Shown here: positions 1 to 8,552 of the stretch, piece by piece | Position numbering within the stretch: the first letter of the stretch is position 1 | Layout: every line of letters begins with the position of its first letter | Assembly (NCBI GenBank): GCA_963813325.1 | Contig: CAWEYM010000003.1 | Coordinates: forward strand, 834,449-898,448 | DNA: 64,000 nucleotides | Direction of reading: 5' to 3' | Source of the DNA: an uncultured Acidobacteriota bacterium | GTDB lineage: Bacteria; Acidobacteriota; Vicinamibacteria; Vicinamibacterales; JAKQTR01 | The notes under the pieces: model-generated | The model's database searches: none | The model's input: the letters and a program-made list of their open reading frames with translations, nothing else | What the model was told of the DNA's origin: nothing | Translations under genes and position numbers: made by a program

Positions 1-1375
1 TGGTGAGGCGGGCCCGGACGCGCGGGTCCGGATCGTTCCCGTACCGCCGCCACCCGGTCATCATGGTCTGCGCGAGGCGGTAGAGGCTCGGACCGTTGCG
101 CTCGTAGTCCAGCCGGAACGCCCAGTCCAGGAGCGATTTCGACTGCTCGCGCGGGATCGCCGCGTGCTCGAAGTTGAAATGGTCCTGCCCGTGGATGTCC
201 GCGAGATCCACGTTGTCGAGCAGGCGGCCCTGCTCCTCCATCTCCTGGTAGAGCGGCGTGCCCGGCACGGGTGTGTAGAGCATGAACTGGTGGAAGTCGG
301 TGTCGTGCGACACCGCGTGCTCGATCTCGCCCGCGATGTTCTCGGGGGTGTGGTGCTCGAGCCCGACGATCGTCGAGCCGAGGACGCCGATGCCGTGCGA
401 CCGCAGCTCGCGCGTCAGCGCGACCGTGTCGGTGCCGTTCAGTTTCGAATAGGAGTTGTTCGGTGATTCGAGGCCCAGCCAGACCCAGCTGATGCCGAGC
501 TCCACGAGCTGCCGGATGTCGTATTTCTTGATCGCGTTGGCCGACGAGAACACGTACAGCGACCACGCCTTGCCCTTTGCCTTCATGTGCTCCAGCAGCT
601 CGAGGGCGCGCTCCTTGTAGAGGAGGAAGTTCTCGTCCATCACGAAGAACGTCGACACGCCGAGGTTCTTCTCGGCGTCGCACATCACCTTGAACAGCTC
701 GGCGCCCTTGTTGAAGAAGTTGATGACCTTCCCCTTGCCGCCGAAGAACGAGGACGTCGTGCAGAAATTGCAGCCCATCGGGCAGCCGACCGACGGAATG
801 ATGGTGGCAGCCGGGCTGCCGCCGCCCCGCGGGCCCCGCAGGCCCATCAGGCGGAACCCGAACGACGAGGGGATGGGCGGATGCTGGATGGGGGCGTCCA
901 CCGGCTCACCGAGGAACTCCCGGAACCAGCTCACGCCCTCGCCCTTCACGTAATGATCGGCATCGACGATGCGCTCGATCCCGGGGATGGCCGTCACGTG
1001 GCCGCCCACGACGACCGTCGCGGTCGGCGCGTGCTGGCGCACCAGGCGGCACATCTCCCGCACCTTGCCGACGTTCACGATGATGCTCGAGATGCCCACG
1101 ATGTCGTACTCGTGCGCCTTCAGCTCCTCCACGAAGCGTTCGCGCGAGGGGAAATCGAGCACCGCGCACGGCGCCGAGATGTTGTGCTGGATGAACATGA
1201 TGCCCCACGAGCGGTGGAACATCCGGAGCGAGAACGGGCCCTGCTCGCGGGTGACCTGGTTGTGGTACAGCTCCATCGGGTTGATTTCCCGGCTGCCGTA
1301 CTCGTCGTTCTGCGCGAAGGGGCCGAAAACGGAAGAGAGCAGTACGCGCGCACGCGTACCCTTGGGGTGCTGCAT
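1..1375 (-). CDS. B12-binding domain-containing radical SAM protein (C-terminus runs off the left edge)
   Basis: Absent from the ORF track because it is open to position 1. My minus-strand translation from ATG 1375..1373 reads MQHPKGTRARVLLSSVFGPF... It has a B12-binding-like region (DIVGISSII, VVVGGHV) and a CxxxCxxC cluster motif (GCPMGCNFC). Confidence 0.8.
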   Translation of the reverse strand, partial: MQHPKGTRARVLLSSVFGPFAQNDEYGSREINPMELYHNQVTREQGPFSLRMFHRSWGIMFIQHNISAPCAVLDFPSRERFVEELKAHEYDIVGISSIIVNVGKVREMCRLVRQHAPTATVVVGGHVTAIPGIERIVDADHYVKGEGVSWFREFLGEPVDAPIQHPPIPSSFGFRLMGLRGPRGGGSPAATIIPSVGCPMGCNFCTTSSFFGGKGKVINFFNKGAELFKVMCDAEKNLGVSTFFVMDENFLLYKERALELLEHMKAKGKAWSLYVFSSANAIKKYDIRQLVELGISWVWLGLESPNNSYSKLNGTDTVALTRELRSHGIGVLGSTIVGLEHHTPENIAGEIEHAVSHDTDFHQFMLYTPVPGTPLYQEMEEQGRLLDNVDLADIHGQDHFNFEHAAIPREQSKSLLDWAFRLDYERNGPSLYRLAQTMMTGWRRYGNDPDPRVRARLT

Positions 1376-1555
1376 GTAAGCCTTGCCTTTCAGACACCGG
1401 CTGGCCGGCGATCTGGACTCCCCGAACCGCACGTAGCAGGAGGAGGGAGGGTATCTCTTACATCATCATACAACCGATCCGCACAGCCCGCCGCAACTGG
1501 ATGGATCAGCCCTGGCATCCGGCGGCGTAGCGGACGGACCGCCGGAGACGCGGGC

Positions 1556-2092
1556 TCAAATCAGGGTCAGGCCCCAGGCGGTCTTCAGATCGGTGATGTC
1601 CCCGCGCCGCACCATGCGGCGCGCCTCCTCCACCGTGAAGACCTCGGCTCGCAGGTCCTCGTCTTCGTCGAGGTGCGCGCGGGGCGCGCCGGGCCGCGGC
1701 GCCGACAGGCCCGTCAGCCGGTAGAAGTGCATCACCTCGGTGCAAAAGCCCGGCGTCGGGTACAGCGAGCCCACGAGCTCGACCACCGACGGCACCAGCC
1801 CGATCTCCTCTTCGCACTCGCGGGCCGCCGCCGCCGCCGGATCCTCTCCGGGCTCGAGGCTGCCGGCCGGCAGTTCCCAGATCCACCGATCCAGGGCGTA
1901 CCGGTACTGCCGGATCAACACGACGCGCGTGGCGTCCTGCAGCGGGATCATCACCACCGAGCCCGGGTGCCGCACGACTTCCATCGTGACGGTGCGCCCG
2001 TTGGGCAGCCGGACGCGATCGGCCGTCACCGTGAAGATGCGGCCCTCGAACACCGTCCTGCCCGATTCGCGCACGCCGAGGGGTTCGTCCAT
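1556..2092 (-). CDS. NUDIX hydrolase (ADP-ribose pyrophosphatase-like)
   Basis: 178-aa ORF with a Nudix box, GSLEPGEDPAAAAARECEEEIGL (GX5EX7REUXEEXGU). Confidence 0.85.
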   Translation of the reverse strand: MDEPLGVRESGRTVFEGRIFTVTADRVRLPNGRTVTMEVVRHPGSVVMIPLQDATRVVLIRQYRYALDRWIWELPAGSLEPGEDPAAAAARECEEEIGLVPSVVELVGSLYPTPGFCTEVMHFYRLTGLSAPRPGAPRAHLDEDEDLRAEVFTVEEARRMVRRGDITDLKTAWGLTLI

Positions 2093-2127
2093 GGGGTTCT
2101 CCGGTCGAGGGGCCGTCCCGCCCTCGC

Positions 2128-3075
2128 TCAGTCGTGGCCGGCGCGCTCGACGATGTCGTCCAGCACCCCCTGCAGGTCGGCCGGCAGCGGTGCGGTGAAC
2201 TCGAGGCGCCGCCCGTCACCGGGATGGGCGAACGCCAGACGTGCGGCGTGCAGGAACGGCCGCTCGAGCCTGAGGACGGCGCGCACCGCCGCAGCGACGT
2301 GCCGGCGCACGCCCCCGTAGGTGGGGTCTCCGACGATGGGGTGTCCGATCGCGCTGAGATGCACCCGGATCTGGTGCGTGCGCCCGGTCGCGATCGCCAC
2401 GTGCAGGAACGACACGCCCGACAGGTACTCCGCCCGGGTGACCCGCGTCACCGCGGTCCGGGCGTGGCGGGCGCGGGCCGACATCTTCTGACGGTGGACC
2501 GGGTCGCGGCCGATGGAGGCGTCGATGCGGCGCCCGGCGTGCACCAGGCCCCACACCAGCGCCAGGTATTCCTTCTCGACTTCCCGCTCGGTGAACTGCC
2601 GCTGCAGCTCCCGGTGCGCCGCGTCGTGCTTGGCGACGACCATCACGCCGGACGTGCCGCGGTCGAGCCGGTGGACGATCCCGGGCCGCAGTTCGCCGCC
2701 CACGCCGCTCAGGTCCTCCACGTGATGAAGCAGGGCGTTGACCAGTGTGCCGTCCGCGTGGCCAGGCGCCGGGTGGACGACCATGCCGGCCGGCTTGTCC
2801 ACCACCACGATGTCGGGGTCTTCGTAGAGGATGGCGATCGGCAGCGCCTCGGGCCTGGGCTCGGGCGCGACCGGGTCCGCGATGTCCACGACGACGTGAT
2901 CACCTTGCCGGACAGCGAGGTTCGGCCGGACGGCGCGATCCCCGACGCGCACGCAGCCCTCCTTGATCAGTCGCTGGATCTGCGAGCGTGACTGGCCGGG
3001 CAGCTGCGCGACGAGGAAATGATCCAGGCGCTCGCCGGCATGCTCCGCGTCGACGTCGATCTCGTCCCGGCGCAT
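2128..3075 (-). CDS. rluD: 23S rRNA pseudouridine synthase, RluA/RluD family
   Basis: N-terminal S4-like region, catalytic HRLDRGTSGVMVVAK motif, and conserved THQIRVH. Confidence 0.88.
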   Translation of the reverse strand: MRRDEIDVDAEHAGERLDHFLVAQLPGQSRSQIQRLIKEGCVRVGDRAVRPNLAVRQGDHVVVDIADPVAPEPRPEALPIAILYEDPDIVVVDKPAGMVVHPAPGHADGTLVNALLHHVEDLSGVGGELRPGIVHRLDRGTSGVMVVAKHDAAHRELQRQFTEREVEKEYLALVWGLVHAGRRIDASIGRDPVHRQKMSARARHARTAVTRVTRAEYLSGVSFLHVAIATGRTHQIRVHLSAIGHPIVGDPTYGGVRRHVAAAVRAVLRLERPFLHAARLAFAHPGDGRRLEFTAPLPADLQGVLDDIVERAGHD

Positions 3076-3085
3076 GGGTGGCGCC

Positions 3086-3916
3086 CTACGCGCGCGCCCT
3101 CTTCGCCGGGGCGCCCGCCGGCTTCGCCGCCTGGGCTTTCCGCCGCCCCAGGAGCACGAGCATGGCGAGGCTCAACGGGAGCAGCACCAGGGAGATGAAC
3201 TGCGAGGTGGACACGCCGAGCAGCATCCCGCGCGGATCGCCGCGGAAGAACTCGATGATGAACCGCGAGATGGCGTAGAGCGCGATGTAGATCCAGAACG
3301 TCCGGCCCGGGAACTGGCGCCCCCGGCGCTCGGTCGCGAGAAGCACGACGAGGATCAGAAGCTCGGCGCCGGCCTCGTACAGCTGCGTGGGATGCAGCGC
3401 CACGTGCAGCGGCGTGCCGACGTTGCTGGCGGCGAACGGGTCGGTGAAGATGACGGACCACGGTTCGGTCGTCGGCCTGCCGTAGCAGCAGCCGGCGAGC
3501 AGGCACCCCAGTCGCCCGACGACGTGGCCGAGTGCGATACCCGGGGCGAACATGTCCGTGGTCGTCCAGAGCGGGAGCTTGTGCTTCCGGATGTACCAGA
3601 TGGCCACCAGGAAGGAGAGGATCAGGCCGCCGTAGAAGACGCCGCCCGACCGCGCCAGCGTCCAGAGTTCGGCGGGCTGCCGGCGGAAGTAGTCGAAGTC
3701 GACCACGAGGAGCAGCAGCTTCGCCCCGACCAGGGCGGCGATGATGATGTAGATGCCCAGGTCGAGCACGCGATCGCCGTCGAGGCCGTGCCGGCGCGAC
3801 CGCCGGACCGCCAGCTGCAGGCCGAGCAGGTAGGCGGCCGCGAGCAGGACCCCGTAGCTGTAGACGGTGATGGGACCGATCTCAAGGAGTCGAGGAAACA
3901 TGCTTACCCAATCCAA
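3086..3916 (-). CDS. lgt: prolipoprotein diacylglyceryl transferase
   Basis: Polytopic membrane ORF with an Lgt-type N-terminus (FPRLLEIGPITVYSYGVLLAAAYL) and the HPTQLYE motif. It lies directly downstream of lspA. The start (3916 or 3901) is uncertain. Confidence 0.88.
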   Translation of the reverse strand: MDWVSMFPRLLEIGPITVYSYGVLLAAAYLLGLQLAVRRSRRHGLDGDRVLDLGIYIIIAALVGAKLLLLVVDFDYFRRQPAELWTLARSGGVFYGGLILSFLVAIWYIRKHKLPLWTTTDMFAPGIALGHVVGRLGCLLAGCCYGRPTTEPWSVIFTDPFAASNVGTPLHVALHPTQLYEAGAELLILVVLLATERRGRQFPGRTFWIYIALYAISRFIIEFFRGDPRGMLLGVSTSQFISLVLLPLSLAMLVLLGRRKAQAAKPAGAPAKRARA

Positions 3917-4505
3917 TCATGTCGAGCATCATCACGGCGACGCCGATGGTGATGGCTGAATCGGCCACGTTGAAGGCCCAGAAGTGTGAGCTGCGCCAGA
4001 AGACGTCCACGAAGTCGACGACCGAGCCGAGGGTCAGGCGATCGATCAGGTTGCCGAGCGCGCCGCCGATGATCAGCGACAGGCCGAGGCGCGCGATGCG
4101 CTCGTGGGGCGACAGGCGCGCGGTGTAGGCGCCGATGCCGATCAAGGCGATCGTGGCGACCAGTGCCAGCAGGGCCGACTTGAAGGGGAAATCGGCGGCG
4201 TTCAGGAAGCCGAACGCCGCGCCCGTGTTCCGGACGTGCGTGAGGTTCAGGAATCCGGGGATCACCTCGACGCTCTCGTGAACGGGCAGCCGGGCCCGCA
4301 CCAGGGCCTTCGTCCCCTGGTCGAGCAGGACGATGCCCGCCGCCGCCCAGATCTCGCCGGGGTGCAGTCGGAAGGGCGCCTGCGCCCGTGGCTCCTCACC
4401 GGGCCCGGTCGCCGGGGGTGCGGCTCCGGAATCGCCGGGCGCGGTCGCCGGCAGGGCGTCATCGCCCGACCCGGCGTGCCTGGTCGGGAGGGTGTCTGGC
4501 GTCAT
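3882..4505 (-). CDS. lspA: signal peptidase II (lipoprotein signal peptidase)
   Basis: LspA motifs are NTGAAFGFL and GGALGNLIDRL..GSVVDFVDV. I chose ATG 4505..4503, which overlaps the ileS stop (ATGA), rather than the track start at 4544. The protein carries an Ala/Pro-rich N-terminal extension of about 50 aa. Confidence 0.88.
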   Translation of the reverse strand: MTPDTLPTRHAGSGDDALPATAPGDSGAAPPATGPGEEPRAQAPFRLHPGEIWAAAGIVLLDQGTKALVRARLPVHESVEVIPGFLNLTHVRNTGAAFGFLNAADFPFKSALLALVATIALIGIGAYTARLSPHERIARLGLSLIIGGALGNLIDRLTLGSVVDFVDVFWRSSHFWAFNVADSAITIGVAVMMLDMIGLGKHVSSTP

Positions 4506-7327
4506 CCTCGTCTCGCGGCCAGCGCGTCGGCGCAGCGGTCGCACACCCCGAGGGCGTCCGGCGCAGCGGAGACAGCGGGCACCCAGCGCCAGCAGCGATC
4601 GCAGCGGGTCCCGTCGGCGTGCCCGACCGTGATCCGCGCCGTCGATCCCTCAGCCTCGACGTAGATCACTCCGGCCGGCGGGTCGCTGCCGGTCGCCGGG
4701 GCCGTGTCCACCTCGACCTGCGAGGCGATGAACAGCATCGGCAGGTCGGCGCGGTGGCGCGCCACCAGGTCGGCCAGGGGCCCGACCGGCGCCAGGCGCA
4801 CGACCGCCTCGAGCGACTGGCCAATCGTCTTCGCCTGTCGCAGGGTCTCGAGTTCCGCGTTGACCGCGGCCCGCAGGCGGAGCAGGCGCGTCCACCGCTC
4901 GACCAGATCCGCGTCCAGGAAGCGCTCGTCGTCGGCCGGGAAGACCGCTAGGTGCACGGATTCCTCCCGCGTGCCGGGGAGGTGCTTCCAGAATTCGTCG
5001 GCCATCACCGGCAGCACCGGCGCGATGAGGCGCGCCAGGCCGTCCGCGATCCGGAACATGGCCGTCTGCGCCGAGCGCCGGGCGCGGGCCGCGGGCGCCA
5101 GCGTGTAGACGCGGTCCTTCGACACGTCCACGTAGAAGGCGCTGAGGTCGACCGCGACGTAGACGTTGAGCACCTGGAAGATGCTCGGGAAGTCGTAGCG
5201 CTCGTAGGCCGCGCGGACGCGCTGCGACACCTCGGCGTACCGGGCGAGCGCATACCGGTCCACTTCCTCCATGTCGGCCAGGGGCACCTCGTCCCGTGCC
5301 GGGTCGAAGTCGGGGAGGTTCGCTGCGAGGATGCGCAGCGTGTTGCGGAGCTTGCGGTACGCCTCGACGATGCGCGCGAGGATCTCGGGGCCGAACCGCA
5401 CTTCCTCGCGGTAGTCCACCATCGCGACCCAGAGCCGCAGGATCTCGGCGCCGCTCTGCTTGATGACGTGGCCCGGCGGGATGTCGTTGCCGAGCGACTT
5501 CGACATCTTCTTGCCTTCGTCGGTCACGACCATGCCGTGCGTGACGACCTGGCGGTAGGGCGCACGCCGGCGCGTGCCGAGGCCGACGAGCATCGAGCTC
5601 TGGAACCAGCCGCGGTACTGATCGGTTCCCTCGAGGTACAGGTCGGCCGGCCACCGCAGTTCCGGGTGCACCGCGAGCACCGCCTCGTGGCTCGAGCCCG
5701 AGTCGAACCACACGTCGAGGATGTCGCGCTCCCGGTCGAACGTCGTGCCGCCGCACCCCGGGCACGTGAAGCCCGGGGGCACGAAATCGGCGACGGGCCG
5801 CTCATACCAGGCCTCGGCGCCGTCCTGTTCGAAGGCGCGGGCCGCGCGCTCGACGATCTCCGGCGTCAGGCTCGACTGGCCGCACGCCGTGCACGAGACG
5901 GCGGGGATGGGCACGCCCCACGACCGCTGGCGCGAGATGCACCAGTCGGGCCGGGCCTCGAACATCCCGCGCATCCGGTCGCCGCCCCAGGCCGGGAACC
6001 ACTCCACCGACTCGGTGGCCGCGAGGGCGTCCCGCCGCAGGCCGGTCTCGTCCATCCCGATGAACCACTGGGCCGTGGCCAGGAAGATCACCGGGTTGTG
6101 GCAGCGCCAGCAGTGCGGGTACGAGTGGTCGAACCGCGCCGTCTTCCACAACCGGCCGGCTGCCGACAGGGCTGCCTCCACCTTCGGGTTCGCGTCGAAC
6201 ACCGGCAGGCCGCCGACGATCTCCACCGAGTCCTCGAACCGGCCGTCCGGCCCGATCGGCGCGTAGATCTCGAGCCCGTACCGCACGCCGCTGTGGTAGT
6301 CGTCGCTGCCATGGCCGGGCGCGGTGTGGACGACGCCCGTGCCCGTGTCGAGCGTCACGTAGTCGGCCAGCAACCCGAGCGAGTCACGGTCGTAGAGCGG
6401 GTGTCGGAACCGCAGGCGCTCGAACGCGGTGCCGGGGGCCTTGGCCACCGGGTCGACGAACGGCCGCCCCAGCTCCTCGGACAGGCGCTCGGCGAGGGCC
6501 TCGGCGACGATCACGACGCGCCCCTCGAACGGGTACGCGGCGTAGATGGCCTCGGGATGAAAGGCCAGCGCCAGGTTGGACGGGATGGTCCATGGCGTGG
6601 TCGTCCAGATCAGGACGGACACCTGCCGGCCCTGCAGCTCGGGGACGCGCGAGGCCAGCTCGGCCGCATCCGCGGCGCCCATCGGGAACTCCACGTAGAT
6701 CGACGGCGACGTGTGGTTCTCGTACTCGACCTCGGCCTCGGCGAGCGCGGTGCGGCAGTGGATGCACCAGTGCACCGGTTTCTTGCCCTTGTAGACCATG
6801 CCGCGCTCGACGAACTTGCCCAGCGCGCGCACGATCGCCGCCTGGTACCGGTAGTCCATCGTCAGGTACGGTTCAGCCCAGTCGCCCATGACGCCCAGGC
6901 GCTTGAACTGGCCGCGCTGGATGTCGACGAACCGCGCCGCGTACTGGCGGCACGCGCGGCGGACGTCGGCCACGCTCATGTCGCGCTTGCGCGCGCCCAG
7001 CTCCCGGTCGACCCTCAGTTCGATCGGCAGCCCGTGGCAGTCCCAGCCCGGCACGTAGGGCGCGTCGAAGCCCATCATCGACCGGGACCGGACCACGACG
7101 TCCTTGAGGACCTTGTTGAGCGCCGTGCCCAGGTGGATGTCCCCGTTGGCGTAGGGCGGGCCGTCGTGCAGGATGAACACGGGCGCGCCGCTCCGCCGTT
7201 CGCGCAGGCGGCGATAGAGGTCAAGGGCGTCCCAGTGCGCCAGCATCTGCGGTTCGGTCACCTGCAGGCTGGCCTTCATCGGGAAGCCGGTTTTCGGCAG
7301 GTTGAGCGTGTCTTTCCAGTCGGGCAT
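4502..7327 (-). CDS. ileS: isoleucine--tRNA ligase
   Basis: 941 aa. HIGH-type motif PPYANGDIHLGTA, KMSKS, an editing domain, and a C-terminal Zn-finger pair (CDRCWRW...CDRC). Confidence 0.96.
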   Translation of the reverse strand: MPDWKDTLNLPKTGFPMKASLQVTEPQMLAHWDALDLYRRLRERRSGAPVFILHDGPPYANGDIHLGTALNKVLKDVVVRSRSMMGFDAPYVPGWDCHGLPIELRVDRELGARKRDMSVADVRRACRQYAARFVDIQRGQFKRLGVMGDWAEPYLTMDYRYQAAIVRALGKFVERGMVYKGKKPVHWCIHCRTALAEAEVEYENHTSPSIYVEFPMGAADAAELASRVPELQGRQVSVLIWTTTPWTIPSNLALAFHPEAIYAAYPFEGRVVIVAEALAERLSEELGRPFVDPVAKAPGTAFERLRFRHPLYDRDSLGLLADYVTLDTGTGVVHTAPGHGSDDYHSGVRYGLEIYAPIGPDGRFEDSVEIVGGLPVFDANPKVEAALSAAGRLWKTARFDHSYPHCWRCHNPVIFLATAQWFIGMDETGLRRDALAATESVEWFPAWGGDRMRGMFEARPDWCISRQRSWGVPIPAVSCTACGQSSLTPEIVERAARAFEQDGAEAWYERPVADFVPPGFTCPGCGGTTFDRERDILDVWFDSGSSHEAVLAVHPELRWPADLYLEGTDQYRGWFQSSMLVGLGTRRRAPYRQVVTHGMVVTDEGKKMSKSLGNDIPPGHVIKQSGAEILRLWVAMVDYREEVRFGPEILARIVEAYRKLRNTLRILAANLPDFDPARDEVPLADMEEVDRYALARYAEVSQRVRAAYERYDFPSIFQVLNVYVAVDLSAFYVDVSKDRVYTLAPAARARRSAQTAMFRIADGLARLIAPVLPVMADEFWKHLPGTREESVHLAVFPADDERFLDADLVERWTRLLRLRAAVNAELETLRQAKTIGQSLEAVVRLAPVGPLADLVARHRADLPMLFIASQVEVDTAPATGSDPPAGVIYVEAEGSTARITVGHADGTRCDRCWRWVPAVSAAPDALGVCDRCADALAARRG

Positions 7328-7461
7328 AGGGTGTGGCGAGAGACCCGCGAAGGCAGGCCGATCTCTACAATTCTAGTCCAGAACCGCGCCGGGAGCGGTC
7401 GGAAGGGCCGGCGTCGCGAAGGAGCGCCGGCCGGGTGGGATGCCGGACCCGCGCCAGGCGC

Positions 7462-7534
7462 GGCGCTCAGTCGAGTTGAGGATGCCCCGGGGAACGCGGC
7501 GCGCGGGCGTCAGCCGGCCTGTCCGAGGCGAACA
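7462..7534 (-). repeat. copy A of a two-copy conserved intergenic element (core; similarity extends to the stop codon at 7560-7562)
   Basis: Hand alignment to 23191-23263 gives about 56/73 identities, including 19/19 in CTCAACTCGACTGAGCGCC and 7/7 in TGTTCGC. The orientation relative to the upstream gene is the same in both copies. Confidence 0.7.
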
Positions 7535-7559
7535 CGCCCGTCACGCGTGAGCCCCGGGC

Positions 7560-8405
7560 TCAGTTGCGCCGCCGGTCGAGCGACACCTGGACGCGGTACT
7601 CGCCCAGGTTGTCGCCGCATTCGTCATCGTTGATGCCGAGGTACAGCAGCCCGGAGGCCGGCATGGCCAGGGGCTCGGTCTGATCGCCGATGCCGAACAC
7701 CGCACTGTTGCCGATGCGGCCGATCAGCGCGCCCGCCAGCGAGTCGCGCAGCGGTGCGCGCCGCGCGTACCGCCCGAGCCGGGAACCGGCCGGGCCCGCC
7801 ACGTCCCGCCGGTCGGTGCTCAGCTGGATCTCGCCTGACGCGCGAAAGGACACCAACTGGCCCTGGCGCACCATCAGGCCGGTCCGCGTCCACTGCTCGG
7901 AGGCCGGGACGGCCATGCCGGGGCCGCCGGTGGCGAGTGGAGTATCCCTTTCTGCCCGCCGGTTGTCCTGCGGCTGCGTGTCGTATCCGGGGGGCACCGA
8001 GAAGTACACCCGCCCGATGTCGTTCGAATAGACGGCCCGCTCGCCGTTGTCGGTATCGAAGGTGAACTTCAGCGGGCGGCGCTCGCTGACGTCGTACAGC
8101 CGCCCGTAGAACATCCCGCCGCCCCGCATGAACACCGTTGCGCGACCCGGCTGCACGCGCGAGAGCTCCGTGCGCGGCAGCCCCTGGCCCCCGCCGACGA
8201 AGTCGATCAGGGCGACATCGTTGATGGCGAAGTGCCGCTCGCGTCCGTTGACGTCCATCGTGAAGTCGGCCCCCATGTCCACCAGGTCTCCGCTGATCCG
8301 CTCACCTGATCGGAGGACGACCGTCGCGGGCACCTGGGCAAACGCCGGTGCCGCCAGCGCGAACATCACGACCAGCAGGCCGCCGAGCACGATCTTGTGG
8401 CGCAT
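7560..8405 (-). CDS. secreted hypothetical protein
   Basis: Only the C-terminal 282 codons of the 730-aa track ORF look real. The start is MRHKIVLGGLLVVMFALAAPAFAQ (signal peptide), with GGAGG 5 nt upstream of ATG 8405. I recognise no family. The C-terminus (LYLGINDDECGDNLGEYRVQV) resembles lectin-type beta-sandwich tails. Confidence 0.7.
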   Translation of the reverse strand: MRHKIVLGGLLVVMFALAAPAFAQVPATVVLRSGERISGDLVDMGADFTMDVNGRERHFAINDVALIDFVGGGQGLPRTELSRVQPGRATVFMRGGGMFYGRLYDVSERRPLKFTFDTDNGERAVYSNDIGRVYFSVPPGYDTQPQDNRRAERDTPLATGGPGMAVPASEQWTRTGLMVRQGQLVSFRASGEIQLSTDRRDVAGPAGSRLGRYARRAPLRDSLAGALIGRIGNSAVFGIGDQTEPLAMPASGLLYLGINDDECGDNLGEYRVQVSLDRRRN

Positions 8406-8484
8406 GCGATTCCTCCCCTGAAACGCGCGGGACATCCGGCTGATCCCCTGGAAAAGCAAGGATACTGCCAGCGCAAGCACTTGA

Positions 8485-8490
8485 ATTATA
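8485..8490 (-). promoter_or_regulatory. candidate -10 box (TATAAT on minus strand) for the 7560..8405 gene
   Basis: A perfect TATAAT hexamer about 80 nt upstream of ATG 8405 in a very GC-rich background. No convincing -35 was found. Confidence 0.25.
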
Positions 8491-8552
8491 GCCATATTCG
8501 CGCGAGCCGGCCCATTCCGCCGGCCGCCGGCGGCGCGGATGCCCCCGGTATA

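Noticed and set aside
587-2320. Long ORFs in the track that run antisense to, or out of frame with, recognisable genes. Examples are 587..2320, 4952..7633, 9326..11155, 11029..12663, 16059..18053, 34730..36304, 39399..41279, 41284..43860, 45696..47402, 47071..48990, 51487..53616, 53430..56483, 57754..59559 and 59886..61769.
   Set aside because: Their translations are Arg/Ala/Gly/Pro/His-rich low-complexity strings with no motifs. Each overlaps a gene with clear family signatures on the other strand or frame. This is typical of stop-codon-poor frames in high-GC DNA.
7328-7461. Possible T-box or other leader upstream of ileS.
   Set aside because: I could not find a T-box motif, a specifier-type structure, or any attenuator I recognise. 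Only the two-copy element reported separately stands out.
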